The notes beneath the pieces are model-generated. The model worked only from the letters and a program-made list of their open reading frames with translations. It was not told where the DNA came from and ran no database searches. Position numbers and translations under genes: made by a program. From Saprolegnia diclina VS20 (taxonomy: Eukaryota), in contig NW_008246085.1 in NCBI RefSeq assembly GCF_000281045.1, forward strand, positions 311,749 to 375,748: a stretch of DNA of 64,000 nt, written 5' to 3'. This document shows positions 21,516 through 33,775 of this stretch, one piece after another (position 1 is the stretch's first letter; each line of letters begins with the position of its first letter).

Positions 21516-24500
21516 ATGCTACGCATGAAGCCCCGGGCGCGGGGGCCGGCGCAGTTCAAGCCGCCGGGGAAGCAAGATGGCCGGCAGCCCGACGGGTACG
21601 AGTCCGGGGGCATGGTCATCAAGAACCTGCCCTTCCTCTCCTTCGTCAACCCGGCGCGGGACCTCGAAGCGCTCTACAAGCCGTTCAAGTCGCCCTGCGA
21701 GAGCATCCGGACGTCCGAGAGCGACCGACTCCTCGCGACCAAGACCCTCGGGTCGCGCCGCCGCTTCGGTTCGATGCCCATCGCGCCGTTCAAGAAGCTT
21801 CCCGAAGTCGACGTGGTCATGGACGACGTCCTGGACGCGGCGCCAGCGGCTGTGGACGAAGCGCCCAAGGCTGCCGACGAGAAGCCACCAGAGCCCGTCG
21901 TGCTCTGGACCGGCATGGTCGACGACCAAGAGGTCCAGGTCGTTGTCCCGATGGTCATTGGCAAGTGGCTCCGACCGCATCAGCGCGAGGGCGTCCAGTT
22001 CATGTTTGACTGCGGTGCGTTCCCATGGTGCGATTCTTTGACTCTCATAGACAGTATGTAGTCTCGGGCATTCGCGGCTTTGAGGGCAATGGCTGCATCT
22101 TGGCCGACGACATGGGTCTCGGGAAGACGCTGCAGGTATGATGGGCTTGTCGGCAGTGCGTTCCGCAGATGCGTGCTTTAGAGCATTACGATCATGTACA
22201 CGCTCTTGTGCACGAGCATGCAAGGACCGACGATCCCGACGATCAACCGCGCGATTGTCGTGTGCCCGACGTCGCTCGTCAAGAACTGGGATGACGAGAT
22301 CATCAAGTGGCTGCAAGGTCGCATCAAGACCGTTGCCCTCTTTGGTGCTTGACGCCTCCTCCACCATTCTCAACTTAGCAGCAATGACTAGAATCTGGGC
22401 GCGAGAACGTCATTAGTGGCATCATGTCGTTCATCAACGGCAGCAAGCGAGCCAACAAGAGCATGGCCGCCAAAGTCCTCATCATCTCGTACGAGGTATG
22501 TCACCATATCGCGCTCATTTAGGAGCTTCAACCGTGATCTAGACGTTCCGAATGCATGCCGAGAAGTTTGTCAACGAGCCCCAAGCGTGCGAGCTCCTCA
22601 TTTGCGACGAAGCGCACCGGCTCAAGAATGCCAACTCGCAGATCAACCAAGCTCTCAACGGTACCAAGTTCGTGCTCTTCTAGAAACTCGCTTTGCAAAC
22701 TATCGCTGCGTAGCCCTGCCGTGCAAGCGCCGTATTTTGCTCTCGGGGACGCCGATGCAGAACGATCTCGAAGAGTTTTACGCGATGGTCGACTTTACCA
22801 ACCCCAACGTCCTTGGCGATCCGCGCGAGTTTCGTCGGCGCTTTCTGGGGCCGATCTTGGTCGGCCGCGAGCCGGATTGCACCCAAGGCGAGCGCGAATG
22901 GGCGCAACGGTACGTGACCAACGATGGCCACTGCGGTGCTTATGGCCTCGTGCAGATGCTCGGGCGAAATGTGTGAGATCGTCAACCAGTTCATCTTGCG
23001 CCGCACGAACGCGCTCAACGCCAAGCACTTGCCGCCCAAGCTTACCCAAGTGGTGTGCTGCAACCTATCGCACGTGCAGCGCAACATGTACTCGCATTTT
23101 TTGCACTCGAATGCGTTCCATGCGATGATGACCAAGAAGAGCTCGCGCATTCTGCCGTCCATCACGGGTACACGCTTTGTGTCAACACAGAGGGCTCGAC
23201 GCATTGCGCGCTCGTAGCACTCAAGAAGCTTTGCAATCACCCAAATTTGATCATCGACATGAGCAACGGCAAGACGACGATCGCGCCTGGTTTTGAAGAG
23301 TGTGCTGCGTTCCTGCCGCCCGACGAGTACGGACCAACAACATGTTTTTTTGCTAAAGCACATGTGATGCAACGTTGCTTTGCGTAGCCATCGACATCGG
23401 TCGTGTCATCCCGAGTGGTCGGGCAAGGTACGCGACTGCCCAATCGTTTCAAATGAGAAATGACACGTCGATTGCATTAGTTTCAAGTGCTCGACAAGCT
23501 CATGCATGAGATGCGTAAGAAGACGACCGATCGCATCGTCATCGTGTCCAACTACACCCAGGTACGGACTTGGCGTCTGCGCCTCCTAACCAAAAAGATT
23601 TCATAGACGCTGGATGTCGTCACGGCGCTCTGTCGGGAGCGCGGTCTTCCTGCCGTGCGCCTGGACGGGTCGACATCCGCCTCGAAGCGCAAGAAGCTCG
23701 TCGATGTCTTCAATGACCCCAAGACCAACTCGTTTGCGTTCCTTCTCTCGAGCAAAGCTGGCGGCTGCGGCTTGAATTTGATTGGCGCCAACCGTCTGGT
23801 GCTCTTTGACCCGGATTGGAACCCCGCAACGGACAAGCAAGCGGCAGCGCGTATTTGGCGCGAGGGGCAAAAGAAGCAGTGCTTTATCTACCGCTTCGTC
23901 GCGACGGGTCAGACGCACGTCTCCGAGACGCTACGCCTCATGCGCAAGCGTAGGCACGCTCGAGGAAAAGATCTTTCAGCGCCAGCTCTCCAAAGAAGGG
24001 CTCCAAAGCATCGTCGACGACAAGGAAGAGGTCAACTCGCTCTCTACCAAGGATCTCAAGGTTGGATTTGTCTTCCTTTCTTGTGCATTGCCTAACGTGA
24101 TGTAGAAACTCTTTGTCTTTATGGAACACACCGACTCGGACACGCACGACCAACTCAAGTGCCGCCGGTGCCCGAACGCGGACGAGTTGCTCCTCGAAGA
24201 GAACAAGAAGCTATTGACGCGCCCGCAAATCGAGTACGTACACCCTGCCAATGCTGACGATCGAAATGCGTGTGTAGCATGCCCGCCGAAGAAGACTTGA
24301 ACAACTGGAACCACCACTACTCGTACGAGACCGTCGCCGACGACATTATGCGCGCCGCCCAAGCCGGCTCGGACCTCGTACAGTGCCTCGCAAAACATAA
24401 TTTCGGATCTGATCTATGGATGTAGGTCAGCTTTGTCTTTAGCTGCCGCGTCGACTGGGACCTCTTTCAAGCCCAAGAGCAGCGCGATCGAGAAAAGAAG

Positions 24501-25148
24501 CAAGCGATCGACGAAGAAAATTTGCTCAAAGCCGCCGCCAAACTTGCTGCCGCGTCGAGCGACACGGAAGACGACGACGAGGTCGAATTCGACATGGACG
24601 TGCCCGCAACATCCAAGCGCAAGCGCCAGTCGAGTCTTAGCGAGGATGACGTTGTCATTGTCGACGATGATGACGACGACGACGATGAGAAAGGCGACAG
24701 CACGGAAAGCGGCAGCGACGACGAGGTCCAATTCCTCACGTCGCTTCCAGACGCGGCCGCTGTGCGGCAAGCGGATCGACCACAGCCAAAAAAATCACGC
24801 AAGGTGCTCTCGGACGACAGCGACGGTGACGCCGACATCGCACAGACGCCAGATGACGACGACGATGACGACGACGGCGATGAAAATGATGTGGCGGAGA
24901 CTCCTGCGCCAGCCCGAACATCGTCGGCACAAGAGCCGTCTGGCTGGTGGTCGCCGCCAAAGTCGACGCTGTCGTGCATTCCCGAATCGGACGACGGGCT
25001 TGAGGAAGGTGAAATCCCCATGTGGGCCTGTCCGCGCTGCACGTTGCACAACGCGATGACGTCCGAGTGGTGCGAAGGCTGCGGCATGGCGCCACCGCGC
25101 CGCGCCAAGCAGTCGGCTGCTGCGTCGCTCCAAGTCGAAGACTACTAA
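21516..25148 (+). CDS. RAD54: SNF2-family DNA translocase Rad54/Rad54B-like, with acidic tail and RanBP2/NZF zinc finger
   Basis: [79 protein letters not shown] and [12 protein letters not shown]-terminal [10 protein letters not shown]...CEGC. Many introns. Confidence 0.9.
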
Positions 25149-25656
25149 GAAGCCACCATCGATCAATCTTTGCTTTGTCAACTGGGTGAGATAGAAGCTA
25201 ACCAACCAGGATCCATCGAACCTGTCAGAGGAGGAGATCTGAGCATGGCAGGGTGCACATACTAGCAGTCATATTTCGACACCCACACCCGAGCCCTTTG
25301 CCATACTGAGTAGCGTTTAGCGCCCAAGCTTAGATCGCAATGTTGTAAAGTCTGCACCACTCCGTCCGACGCGCCAAAGTAGGCAGACATGATCGAGTGC
25401 CAAGCGGACAATGCTCAACAACGTTGCGTGTGTGACCCAAGAACACACGTTGCGCAACATGACACGGAATCATCCTAGCTCGCTAAAGGCAGAGCTGGGA
25501 TATGCAAGAAGATGAGGCAACCAGATCTCGATGCGCGGTGCAGTCCGACGCTCTCGTCAAGGTACGTGATTGCTCCAGGTAACCAAATGGCAATTTGGCA
25601 CCAAGTTCAACGTACACTCCATCGTCGCTTGGACTGCGGTCAGATCCTGATTTCCC

Positions 25657-27102
25657 ATGACGAGCCCCAACACTAGCACCAGCATGACGAGCTGGATCGA
25701 GACGCCTGCCGTTGTCATCGACGACGACCGCCTCCAGCGCAACATCGACCTCATGCAAGCCCGCGCGAANNNNNNNNNNNNNNNNNNNNNNNNNNNNNNN
25801 NNNNNNNNNNNNNNNNNNNNNNNNNNNNNNNNNNNNNNNNNNNNNNNNNNNNNNNNNNNNNNNNNNNNNNNNNNNNNNNNNNNNNNNNNNNNNNNNNNNN
25901 NNNNNNNNNNNNNNNNNNNNNNNNNNNNNNNNNNNNNNNNNNNNNNNNNNNNNNNNNNNNNNNNNNNNNNNNNNNNNNNNNNNNNNNNNNNNNNNNNNNN
26001 NNNNNNNNNNNNNNNNNNNNNNNNNNNNNNNNNNNNNNNNNNNNNNNNNNNNNNNNNNNNNNNNNNNNNNNNNNNNNNNNNNNNNNNNNNNNNNNNNNNN
26101 NNNNNNNNNNNNNNNNNNNNNNNNNNNNNNNNNNNNNNNNNNNNNNNNNNNNNNNNNNNNNNNNNNNNNNNNNNNNNNNNNNNNNNNNNNNNNNNNNNNN
26201 NNNNNNNNNNNNNNNNNNNNNNNNNNNNNNNNNNNNNNNNNNNNNNNNNNNNNNNNNNNNNNNNNNNNNNNNNNNNNNNNNNNNNNNNNNNNNNNNNNNN
26301 NNNNNNNNNNNNNNNNNNNNNNNNNNNNNNNNNNNNNNNNNNNNNNNNNNNNNNNNNNNNNNNNNNNNNNNNNNNNNNNNNNNNNNNNNNNNNNNNNNNN
26401 NNNNNNNNNNNNNNNNNNNNNNNNNNNNNNNNNNNNNNNNNNNNNNNNNNNNNNNNNNNNNNNNNNNNNNNNNNNNNNNNNNNNNNNNNNNNNNNNNNNN
26501 NNNNNNNNNNNNNNNNNNNNNNNNNNNNNNNNNNNNNNNNNNNNNNNNNNNNNNNNNNNNNNNNNNNNNNNNNNNNNNNNNNNNNNNNNNNNNNNNNNNN
26601 NNNNNNNNNNNNNNNNNNNNNNNNNNNNNNNNNNNNNNNNNNNNNNNNNNNNNNNNNNNNNNNNNNNNNNNNNNNNNNNNNNNNACTACTTTATCATTGA
26701 TGCTGGCTCCAAGATCCTCTCGGCCGACTGGTTGCCTTCCACACCTCCGACTTTGCTCATTGAGTTCTTAGTGTACACGCGTTTGGCACGTTTGGCAGCA
26801 AGTGCTTCGGTCTCGTCTTTCGCGAAGCCGACTTTGACGCGGTGGTCGACGAGCCCACGTCCCACGACTTTACCTTGCCCAATGGGTCGCCGGCCATGTG
26901 CTTTGAGCTGCAAAAGCTCTCGGAGGAGCACGGCTGGGTCGCCCACGGTCCTCGCGGCAAGGCTGCGTCGCCGCAGATTGGCGACCGCATCGTCATCCTC
27001 GTCAACCACTCGTGCCCCGTGGTGAACCTCTCGAACGGCCTTGTCGTCAAGGGCGCGTCGCCACGCACGATCGAGCTCATCGCGCGCGGCTTGTGCCAGT
27101 AG
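25657..27102 (+). CDS. D-serine dehydratase / D-threonine aldolase-like PLP enzyme (fold type III), copy 1; middle lost in gap
   Basis: N-terminal ETPAVVIDDDRLQRNIDLMQ before the gap; IIDAGSK, LSEEHG and VNHSCPVVNL after it. Confidence 0.82.
25770..26685. other. Assembly gap (N run)
   Basis: Continuous Ns. Confidence 1.
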
Positions 27103-27157
27103 CTCTTTCCTGACCGTGATTGCACATGTAAAACCGAGTAAAACGTTGCTTGGTCGT

Positions 27158-27764
27158 TTAACGCGTCGCTTCGATCGTGTGGTTGTGCTGCAGGATGAGG
27201 TTGTACACCTTGCTCTCAAACTTCTCGGACGTAATGCGCTCGCCAATGATCGCGAACGGGTTGGACATGGCGTTCACGTACAGCTTGTGCAGCTCGGCAA
27301 AGAGCTAGGTAAAGATCGTTAGCTTCGTCGTAGCCATCTACTGCCTACCACGCGCATCTCGGACTCCTTGATGGGCGCGTCTTGGACGACAACGACGAGC
27401 TTGACGAGCGTGTTGGTCACGTAGCCGTACCTACGACGACCAAACATGGGCATGGCCTCCGTTGATGGCCATCGTACACGCGGAAGTCTTCGACGGGCCC
27501 GAGGAAGCCGAGGTACATGTCGTCCTTGGAGGTTTTCACTAGTTGCATGCAGGAGCTTTGCGGTTGCGTTCAGGAGGGCCAACCTTTCTCCTCGATGATG
27601 TCGAGCGAGATGTGGACGATGTAGTGGAAGGAGAGGTCGTCGTCTTCGTCGAAGGACCGGACGAAGAGCGGGTTGTTCTACGCGGAAGCGCCATGAGGCG
27701 GAGGTCGACGACGCTTCATGGAGCCGAGTACGTTGGCGCCGACGATCGCGACGCAGCAGATCAT
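27158..27764 (-). CDS. TRAPPC2L: TRAPP complex subunit 2-like (sedlin family)
   Basis: Spliced: MICCVAIVGANNNPLFVRSF...HYIVHISLDIIEEK...DMYLGFLGPVEDFRVYGYVTNTLVKLVVVV...LHKLYVNAMSNPF. Confidence 0.9.
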
Positions 27765-27801
27765 CGCAGCCGGCAACTCGCAAGGGCAAAATGGAAGATG
27801 C

Positions 27802-27841
27802 GTTATAACATCAATTTGAGTTGTTCGAACGATGTTATAAC
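27802..27841. repeat. Perfect 11-bp inverted repeat upstream of TRAPPC2L
   Basis: GTTATAACATC-N18-GATGTTATAAC. Confidence 0.85.
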
Positions 27842-28108
27842 ACTTTGCGTTGTGTGCAAAAGGACCGTGATTCGTTGGCAATCCCGGTAAAACGACGCCT
27901 GGCACCAACTCAGGACCGCAGGAATACGCACGATGCTAAGCGAAGGGTGTCAGTACACAGTGCGGCAGCAGCTTCGACTTGTCGCCAGCCCTACTATGGA
28001 CCACACGCCGATCGATTAGTAGTCGGAGGTGCATTCAGAGGTGTGGGATCTGGTCATCGATACCACATGGCGATGTGCCAGATCCATACCCTATTTCAAT
28101 CAAGTCGG

Positions 28109-28806
28109 NNNNNNNNNNNNNNNNNNNNNNNNNNNNNNNNNNNNNNNNNNNNNNNNNNNNNNNNNNNNNNNNNNNNNNNNNNNNNNNNNNNNNNNNNNNN
28201 NNNNNNNNNNNNNNNNNNNNNNNNNNNNNNNNNNNNNNNNNNNNNNNNNNNNNNNNNNNNNNNNNNNNNNNNNNNNNNNNNNNNNNNNNNNNNNNNNNNN
28301 NNNNNNNNNNNNNNNNNNNNNNNNNNNNNNNNNNNNNNNNNNNNNNNNNNNNNNNNNNNNNNNNNNNNNNNNNNNNNNNNNNNNNNNNNNNNNNNNNNNN
28401 NNNNNNNNNNNNNNNNNNNNNNNNNNNNNNNNNNNNNNNNNNNNNNNNNNNNNNNNNNNNNNNNNNNNNNNNNNNNNNNNNNNNNNNNNNNNNNNNNNNN
28501 NNNNNNNNNNNNNNNNNNNNNNNNNNNNNNNNNNNNNNNNNNNNNNNNNNNNNNNNNNNNNNNNNNNNNNNNNNNNNNNNNNNNNNNNNNNNNNNNNNNN
28601 NNNNNNNNNNNNNNNNNNNNNNNNNNNNNNNNNNNNNNNNNNNNNNNNNNNNNNNNNNNNNNNNNNNNNNNNNNNNNNNNNNNNNNNNNNNNNNNNNNNN
28701 NNNNNNNNNNNNNNNNNNNNNNNNNNNNNNNNNNNNNNNNNNNNNNNNNNNNNNNNNNNNNNNNNNNNNNNNNNNNNNNNNNNNNNNNNNNNNNNNNNNN
28801 NNNNNN
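28109..28806. other. Assembly gap (N run)
   Basis: Continuous Ns. Confidence 1.
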
Positions 28807-28847
28807 CCTGGAAATGCAACGGTAATACACAGAGCTCACGGAACGAA

Positions 28848-29667
28848 CTGCAGGCCATTCGTACGGCGCCACGTCAGCAGACGAGTGCGTCGCCATCGCC
28901 GAGACGGAGCGCCACATCATGCTCCGCGTCAAGGCCACGATTGAAGCGGTAGGCTTGCATGTACCTATCTTCTATCCCCACATCAATCGGTGTCATCTTA
29001 GCTCGGGTCGCCTGTGACGGTCGTGTCGGTGGGAAGCACGCCGACCGAGCTTGTTCGGCGCAACTACGACGGAATCACCGAGGTATGCATACTACAAGCA
29101 ATCCAACCGATGCAATCAATATCCCGCACAGCTTCGCCCTGGCAACTACATTTTCCAAGACCGAACGCCCGTGCGAACCGGCGTCTCGACCGTCCAGAAC
29201 GTCTCGCTCACAGTTCTCGCGACGGTCGTGAGCGCCAATGCTCACTACTTTATCATTGACGCCGGCTCCAAGTTCCTCTCGGCCGACGGGTACGTCGTCG
29301 GACGCGCATTGGCTCGTAGTCATGCCTTGTACTTAGCGTGCGCGGGTCCGGCGCCTTTGGCAGCAAGTGCTTTGGGCTCGTCTTTCGCGAAGCCGACTTT
29401 GACGCGGTGGTCGACGAGCCCACGTCCCACGACTTTACCTTGCCCAATGGGTCGCCGGCCATGTGCTTTGAGCTGCAAAAGCTCTCGGAGGAGCACGGCT
29501 GGGTCGCCCACGGTCCTCGCGGCAAGGCCGCCTCGCCGCAGATTGGCGACCGCATCGTCATCCTCGTCAACCACTCGTGCCCCGTGGTGAACCTCTCGAA
29601 CGGCCTTGTCGTCAAGGGCGCGTCGCCCCGCACGATCGAACTCATCTCGCGCGGCTGCTGTCAGTAG
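28848..29667 (+). CDS. D-serine dehydratase / D-threonine aldolase-like PLP enzyme, copy 2 (5' part in gap)
   Basis: Spliced GHSYG, VSVGSTPT, ITE|LRPGNYIFQD, VLATVVS, IIDAGSK, LSEEHG and NHSCPVVNL. Confidence 0.88.
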
Positions 29668-29820
29668 TTGCGCTTCATCGCTTCGTGAGCAAATGTCACT
29701 GGAAGGTAGCCAGCCTACTGCGCAACAGACCACCGCGCTCGACGGTGTTCTGAAGGATATAACGAATGCAGAACTGGTTACAGATCATAAGACGACGCTT
29801 GTATAACAACGAGGACTCTA

Positions 29821-30784
29821 TCAATGCTTGTCATTCTCGAGCGCTTGTTTCACGAGCTTGGCGCCCGTGACCATGAAGAGCGTCTGCCAGATGCCGAGAC
29901 CGACGCGGGGGATGATGCCCTTGAAGAGACCGCCGACGCCGTTCTCCTTGATGACGGCACGGAAGACCTGGACCATGTTTTGCTTGGGCTCGCCGCGCTC
30001 GGCCGCTGTCTGCATTTGGATGCGAGCGACTTCAAACGGGTGGTTCCAGCACGAGAGCGCACCACCGAGCACACCAGCGCCGGCTTCTTGGGCCACCGTG
30101 AGCTTGGCGTTCGGGTCGTCGTGGAAGATGACCTTGAAGCGGTTGCGGATGATCTCGGTGAAGCCCTGGCGCGACGCCCAGTTGGTCGCTTGGCGAAACG
30201 CAATCGCAGTACCACCGGGGTAAAAGCCCTAGTAGTCAGTCGTCAGGAAACGAGTCGCTTCGATGGCGAAGCGTACCTTGAGGCCGTTCTGCGCGTAGAC
30301 GTTTTGGATGCGCTGGGTCGTCGAGATGCTCTTGTCGCCGTTGACGGCGGCCGTGACGAGGAACGTGCATGGGCCCATGACGACGGTCTGACAGATGCCA
30401 CCACCAGCGCCGGAAATGAAGCCGATCGCGGTCTCGCCGACGCCGGCGGTATGGAGCGAGCTGGCAATCATCTCCTTCGAGAAGAGGAGGATTGCGCCTT
30501 TGGAGCCCGACTCGACCATCTTGGCGCCCGTGCCCGCCCAGAAGGCCTTGGCGCCGCCGGCCTGGTAAATGTTGCGGAAGGCTTGGACCGTCGTCTCCGT
30601 GCGGTAGCGGCCCATGCGCGTCTTCCAGACCTACCCATGTCCATGCTTAGCCCCTCGTCCATCGCATGGAGCTGCGGCGTACCTCAAAGGGCATGCCAAG
30701 GGTCGCGGCCTCGACGCACTGGAGGACGCCGCCGTTCACGAGGTCGCGGACGCCGACGTTCTTGGAGGAGCTCGGTGGGCTCAT
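29821..30784 (-). CDS. Mitochondrial carrier, YHM2-like citrate/oxoglutarate carrier
   Basis: EAATLGMPFEVWKT, SKGAILLF, GPCTF, AFRQATNWASRQG and SCWNHPFEVARIQMQ resemble yeast Yhm2. Two introns. Confidence 0.85.
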
Positions 30785-30787
30785 GTC

Positions 30788-30802
30788 GAATTGCAAAATG
30801 AG
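30788..30802 (-). promoter_or_regulatory. Oomycete INR+FPR core promoter of the YHM2-like carrier
   Basis: Minus strand CTCATTTTGCAATTC directly before the ATG; matches the known oomycete TCAYTYYNNAWTTY-type element. Confidence 0.7.
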
Positions 30803-30891
30803 GCGAAATCCTGGGGTCCATCGTATCCGGACGCATCCGGATGCATTTGTTGAAGTTGTCGATGGCCATCTTGGCTGACGAAAGGGTGTGG

Positions 30892-30985
30892 CCAATCACG
30901 CGGCCGCATCGACGCCTACAGCGCATTTGATTGGCCAAAAGCGCAACCCGGTGGCGTCAACGTGAGGGATACGCCGTGTGATTGG
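30892..30985. promoter_or_regulatory. CCAAT boxes upstream of the YHM2-like carrier
   Basis: GCCAATCAC at 30891, ATTGG at 30930 and 30981. Confidence 0.55.
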
Positions 30986-31008
30986 GTCGACCGAGACCGC
31001 AACGCCCT

Positions 31009-33664
31009 CTACACGGACGCTGCGTCAGAATCGGACGCGGCCGTCGATTGCGCAATGATCGCACTGGCGCAGTATAAGGTCGACTGGCCTGCAGTACTTG
31101 TGGCGTGCTGCCAGCGTGGCTGAGGAGGCCGCACCCACGACTTGGATGAGTTTACCCACCGCCGCGTCGTGCGTACGGACCGTGAGCCAGACGCGTCGAC
31201 GGTCGCGTGGCTTTGGCGATGGCCCGAGGAAGCCACGGAGCCCTTCTGGCTGTCACAGCGTTCGACCGAGTAGCCACCGTGGTGCGTGATCTATACTGCT
31301 GCGTCCACAGCCGGCACCGACAGCCATCCACCTCGCTCGATTTGCTTTCTCTGCTAGCGCCCAGCCGAGCTGCTCCATTGGCAAGGATGAGAGGCTACTA
31401 CTGCATGATGCCAAGGGATACATGCTTGCGTGTCTACATCCGCCTTTGGTTCTGTGGGTTCCTTGTTCATCCCACGTATCGCTTCAACGGACGCAGAGGT
31501 GGGCAAACCATTCACACGAGTCAAACACTTCAGAAGAGAGTTACGACGCCCCGACAACGATGAGGTCATTGGATTCCATGCCGCAGACGACGACGTTCGA
31601 GGCCGGGTGCGCGGCCACGGCAGTCACGACGACCTTGGTCGGGATCCGGAAGCGCTGCAGGGTGGGGACACTGGGCAGTGTCAGGAGCCGCTCGCCATAG
31701 CTGTGCGTGTGCATGTCTATGCTCCGCAAAGCACTGTCTTTTCCTCGGTTCAAAAGGCATGAAGTACCGAGAACGTAGAGGTTGTCGTCGTCCGCGAGGC
31801 CTGTCACGAACGCCGCACCGTCAAAGACAAAGCTGCCGCTGCACCGGTGCAAGCGCAAGTGGCCCAGGGATCGATTCTCGGCCGTCAAAAGCGCGTCCGA
31901 TGAAAACGACGCTACTTGCATATATCAATATATCAATTCTACCGTTGGCGACATCATAACGTACCGTGCTGCACGGTGGGGTCGCGCGGGATCGGGTTCA
32001 AACTTAGCTCTACAACGGAACAGTGGCGAATGCTCCAGTGACGCAACCAAGGACAAACAATACCGCGGAGGACAGTATGTAGCTTGAGAATCCGGCCCTC
32101 GAGTGCGTCGAGGACAACAACCCAGTCGTTGTGCAGCTGACAAACGACCGTCGCCGACGTGTGGGGCACGCGCTGCATCGAAACCACACCCAGCGCGTTC
32201 GCCGACAGGAGCGAGTCTTGCACGAGCAGCGCTACGGGCATGCTCTCGACGCCATGTTCACGATACAAGCGGTCTACCTCGCACGAGAACATGCAGCGCG
32301 ATGACCGACCGCCGCTTGGGCACCGACCGCTGCGCAAACGCGGGCGTGATCAAGTTGAAGATGTCATAGACCTGTCCATGGCGTCGCATGCGACTCGAGT
32401 CAAAGGGAAAGAACGTACGGTGAGGTAGCCGTGCTCGGTGCCCACGACCAAGTGCTGATTGTCTTCGCAGAGCACAAGCGCGTTGACGGCGCCGTACTCG
32501 CGCGGCAGCGCGATCTGCCACTTGGGTTTGGCCGGGATGTTGATGTCCCACATGCGCACCGCGCCTTCGTTGTCACCACCAATGACATGGACCTGATTGC
32601 CTAAGATGCCATTTGGGGCGAGCGCTCGTGGGAGCATGAGGTGTACCGAGGACGGTGTAGAGGAGGTCGTAGTAGCCCGACGACGGACGGCTGTTGGTGC
32701 GCAGAATGCGGTATGGCTGTCGCGGCAGCTTCTTGAGGTTGAAGAGATGAATCTCGTTGCGCGAGGCAAACGAGCAAGCAATCTCGTCCTAAGCGGCGCC
32801 TTAAACAAAGGAAGGTACTGCGGATGGACCCACCTGGTTTTTCGGGTTCCATCGGAGACGCTTGAGCTCAAACGACGTAGAGATGACGTGGACGGGTGGT
32901 ACGTACGCTGGCGCACCGTCCTACAAGACGTGTGAGATCTAGAGGCCAGAGAATGACGTAGTCAGATGTCGCACCGTGACGGACGCGACGTCGCGCTGCG
33001 TCTTGGCGCTCGCGTTGCGGTGCTGCAGCAAATGGTAAAAGTATTCGTCAAAGTCGTAGAGTGCAATCGTGCCGTCGGACGACCCGGTGGCGAGGATGAC
33101 GCCGTCGGCGTCAAAGGCCATGGTGCTGATCCACTGCTGCGGGCGGATGTCGGGCCGCAGCCCCATCGGCAGAGTCGCGTACGTCGCCAGCGTGCTCCGA
33201 AGCAAGCGCTGCAGCTCCACGCGCTTCATGGCACCTTGGCGCTCGCGCTGTACAAGCATTTGGAAGGCGCTTGGTGGCCGCCGGACCCGGGGCTTGCGAG
33301 GCCCTTCTGCTTGCTTCTCAAATCCGTCGGCAAGCCTGCTCTGGATCAATCGTGGATGCACTTCGTCCGTCCCTTCCACAGCACCTACTTCTTGGAGAGG
33401 CAGCGTGCCTACTTCTAGGAGCGGGAGCACGCCGGGTACAGGCTCGGTTGGCGTCAGCTCCATGGACGAATCGCTATCAATGTCTTCGATCACCGTGGGC
33501 GGTGGCTACGGAAGGACGTCATGGTGTAGGCCCAGAGCGCGCTAAGCTACCAGCGGAGGTGCAACGCGCTGGAAGAAGGCCGTGATCGGCCGCGCAGCCT
33601 CGCGCGATGGCTTGGGCTTCTTCTTGGCCGCAGCCGCACCGGCGGGCAACCTCCGCTTGTCCAT
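31009..33664 (-). CDS. WD40-repeat protein (multi-exon)
   Basis: ISTMAFDADGVILATGSSDGTIALYD, VIGGDNEGAVRMWD, LVVGTEHG and VTAVAAHP WD blades. Exon edges and 3' end approximate. Confidence 0.8.
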
Positions 33665-33775
33665 CGCCGGTTTTGGAGGGAACGTTTGGGACTGGTTTCG
33701 TGGGAAAAGCGCACCTAAAACGAGAACCACCAGAGGCGCGAAAACGAGAGAACGGCAAAAGCGCACCTATAGCTC

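Noticed and set aside
25657..28952. Long ORFs full of X residues
   Set aside because: Read-through of assembly N gaps, not real open frames.
33582..33775. N-terminal extension of the 2693-aa ATR ORF
   Set aside because: Starts at GTG and overlaps exon 1 of the opposite-strand WD40 gene; an artefact of prokaryote-style ORF calling.
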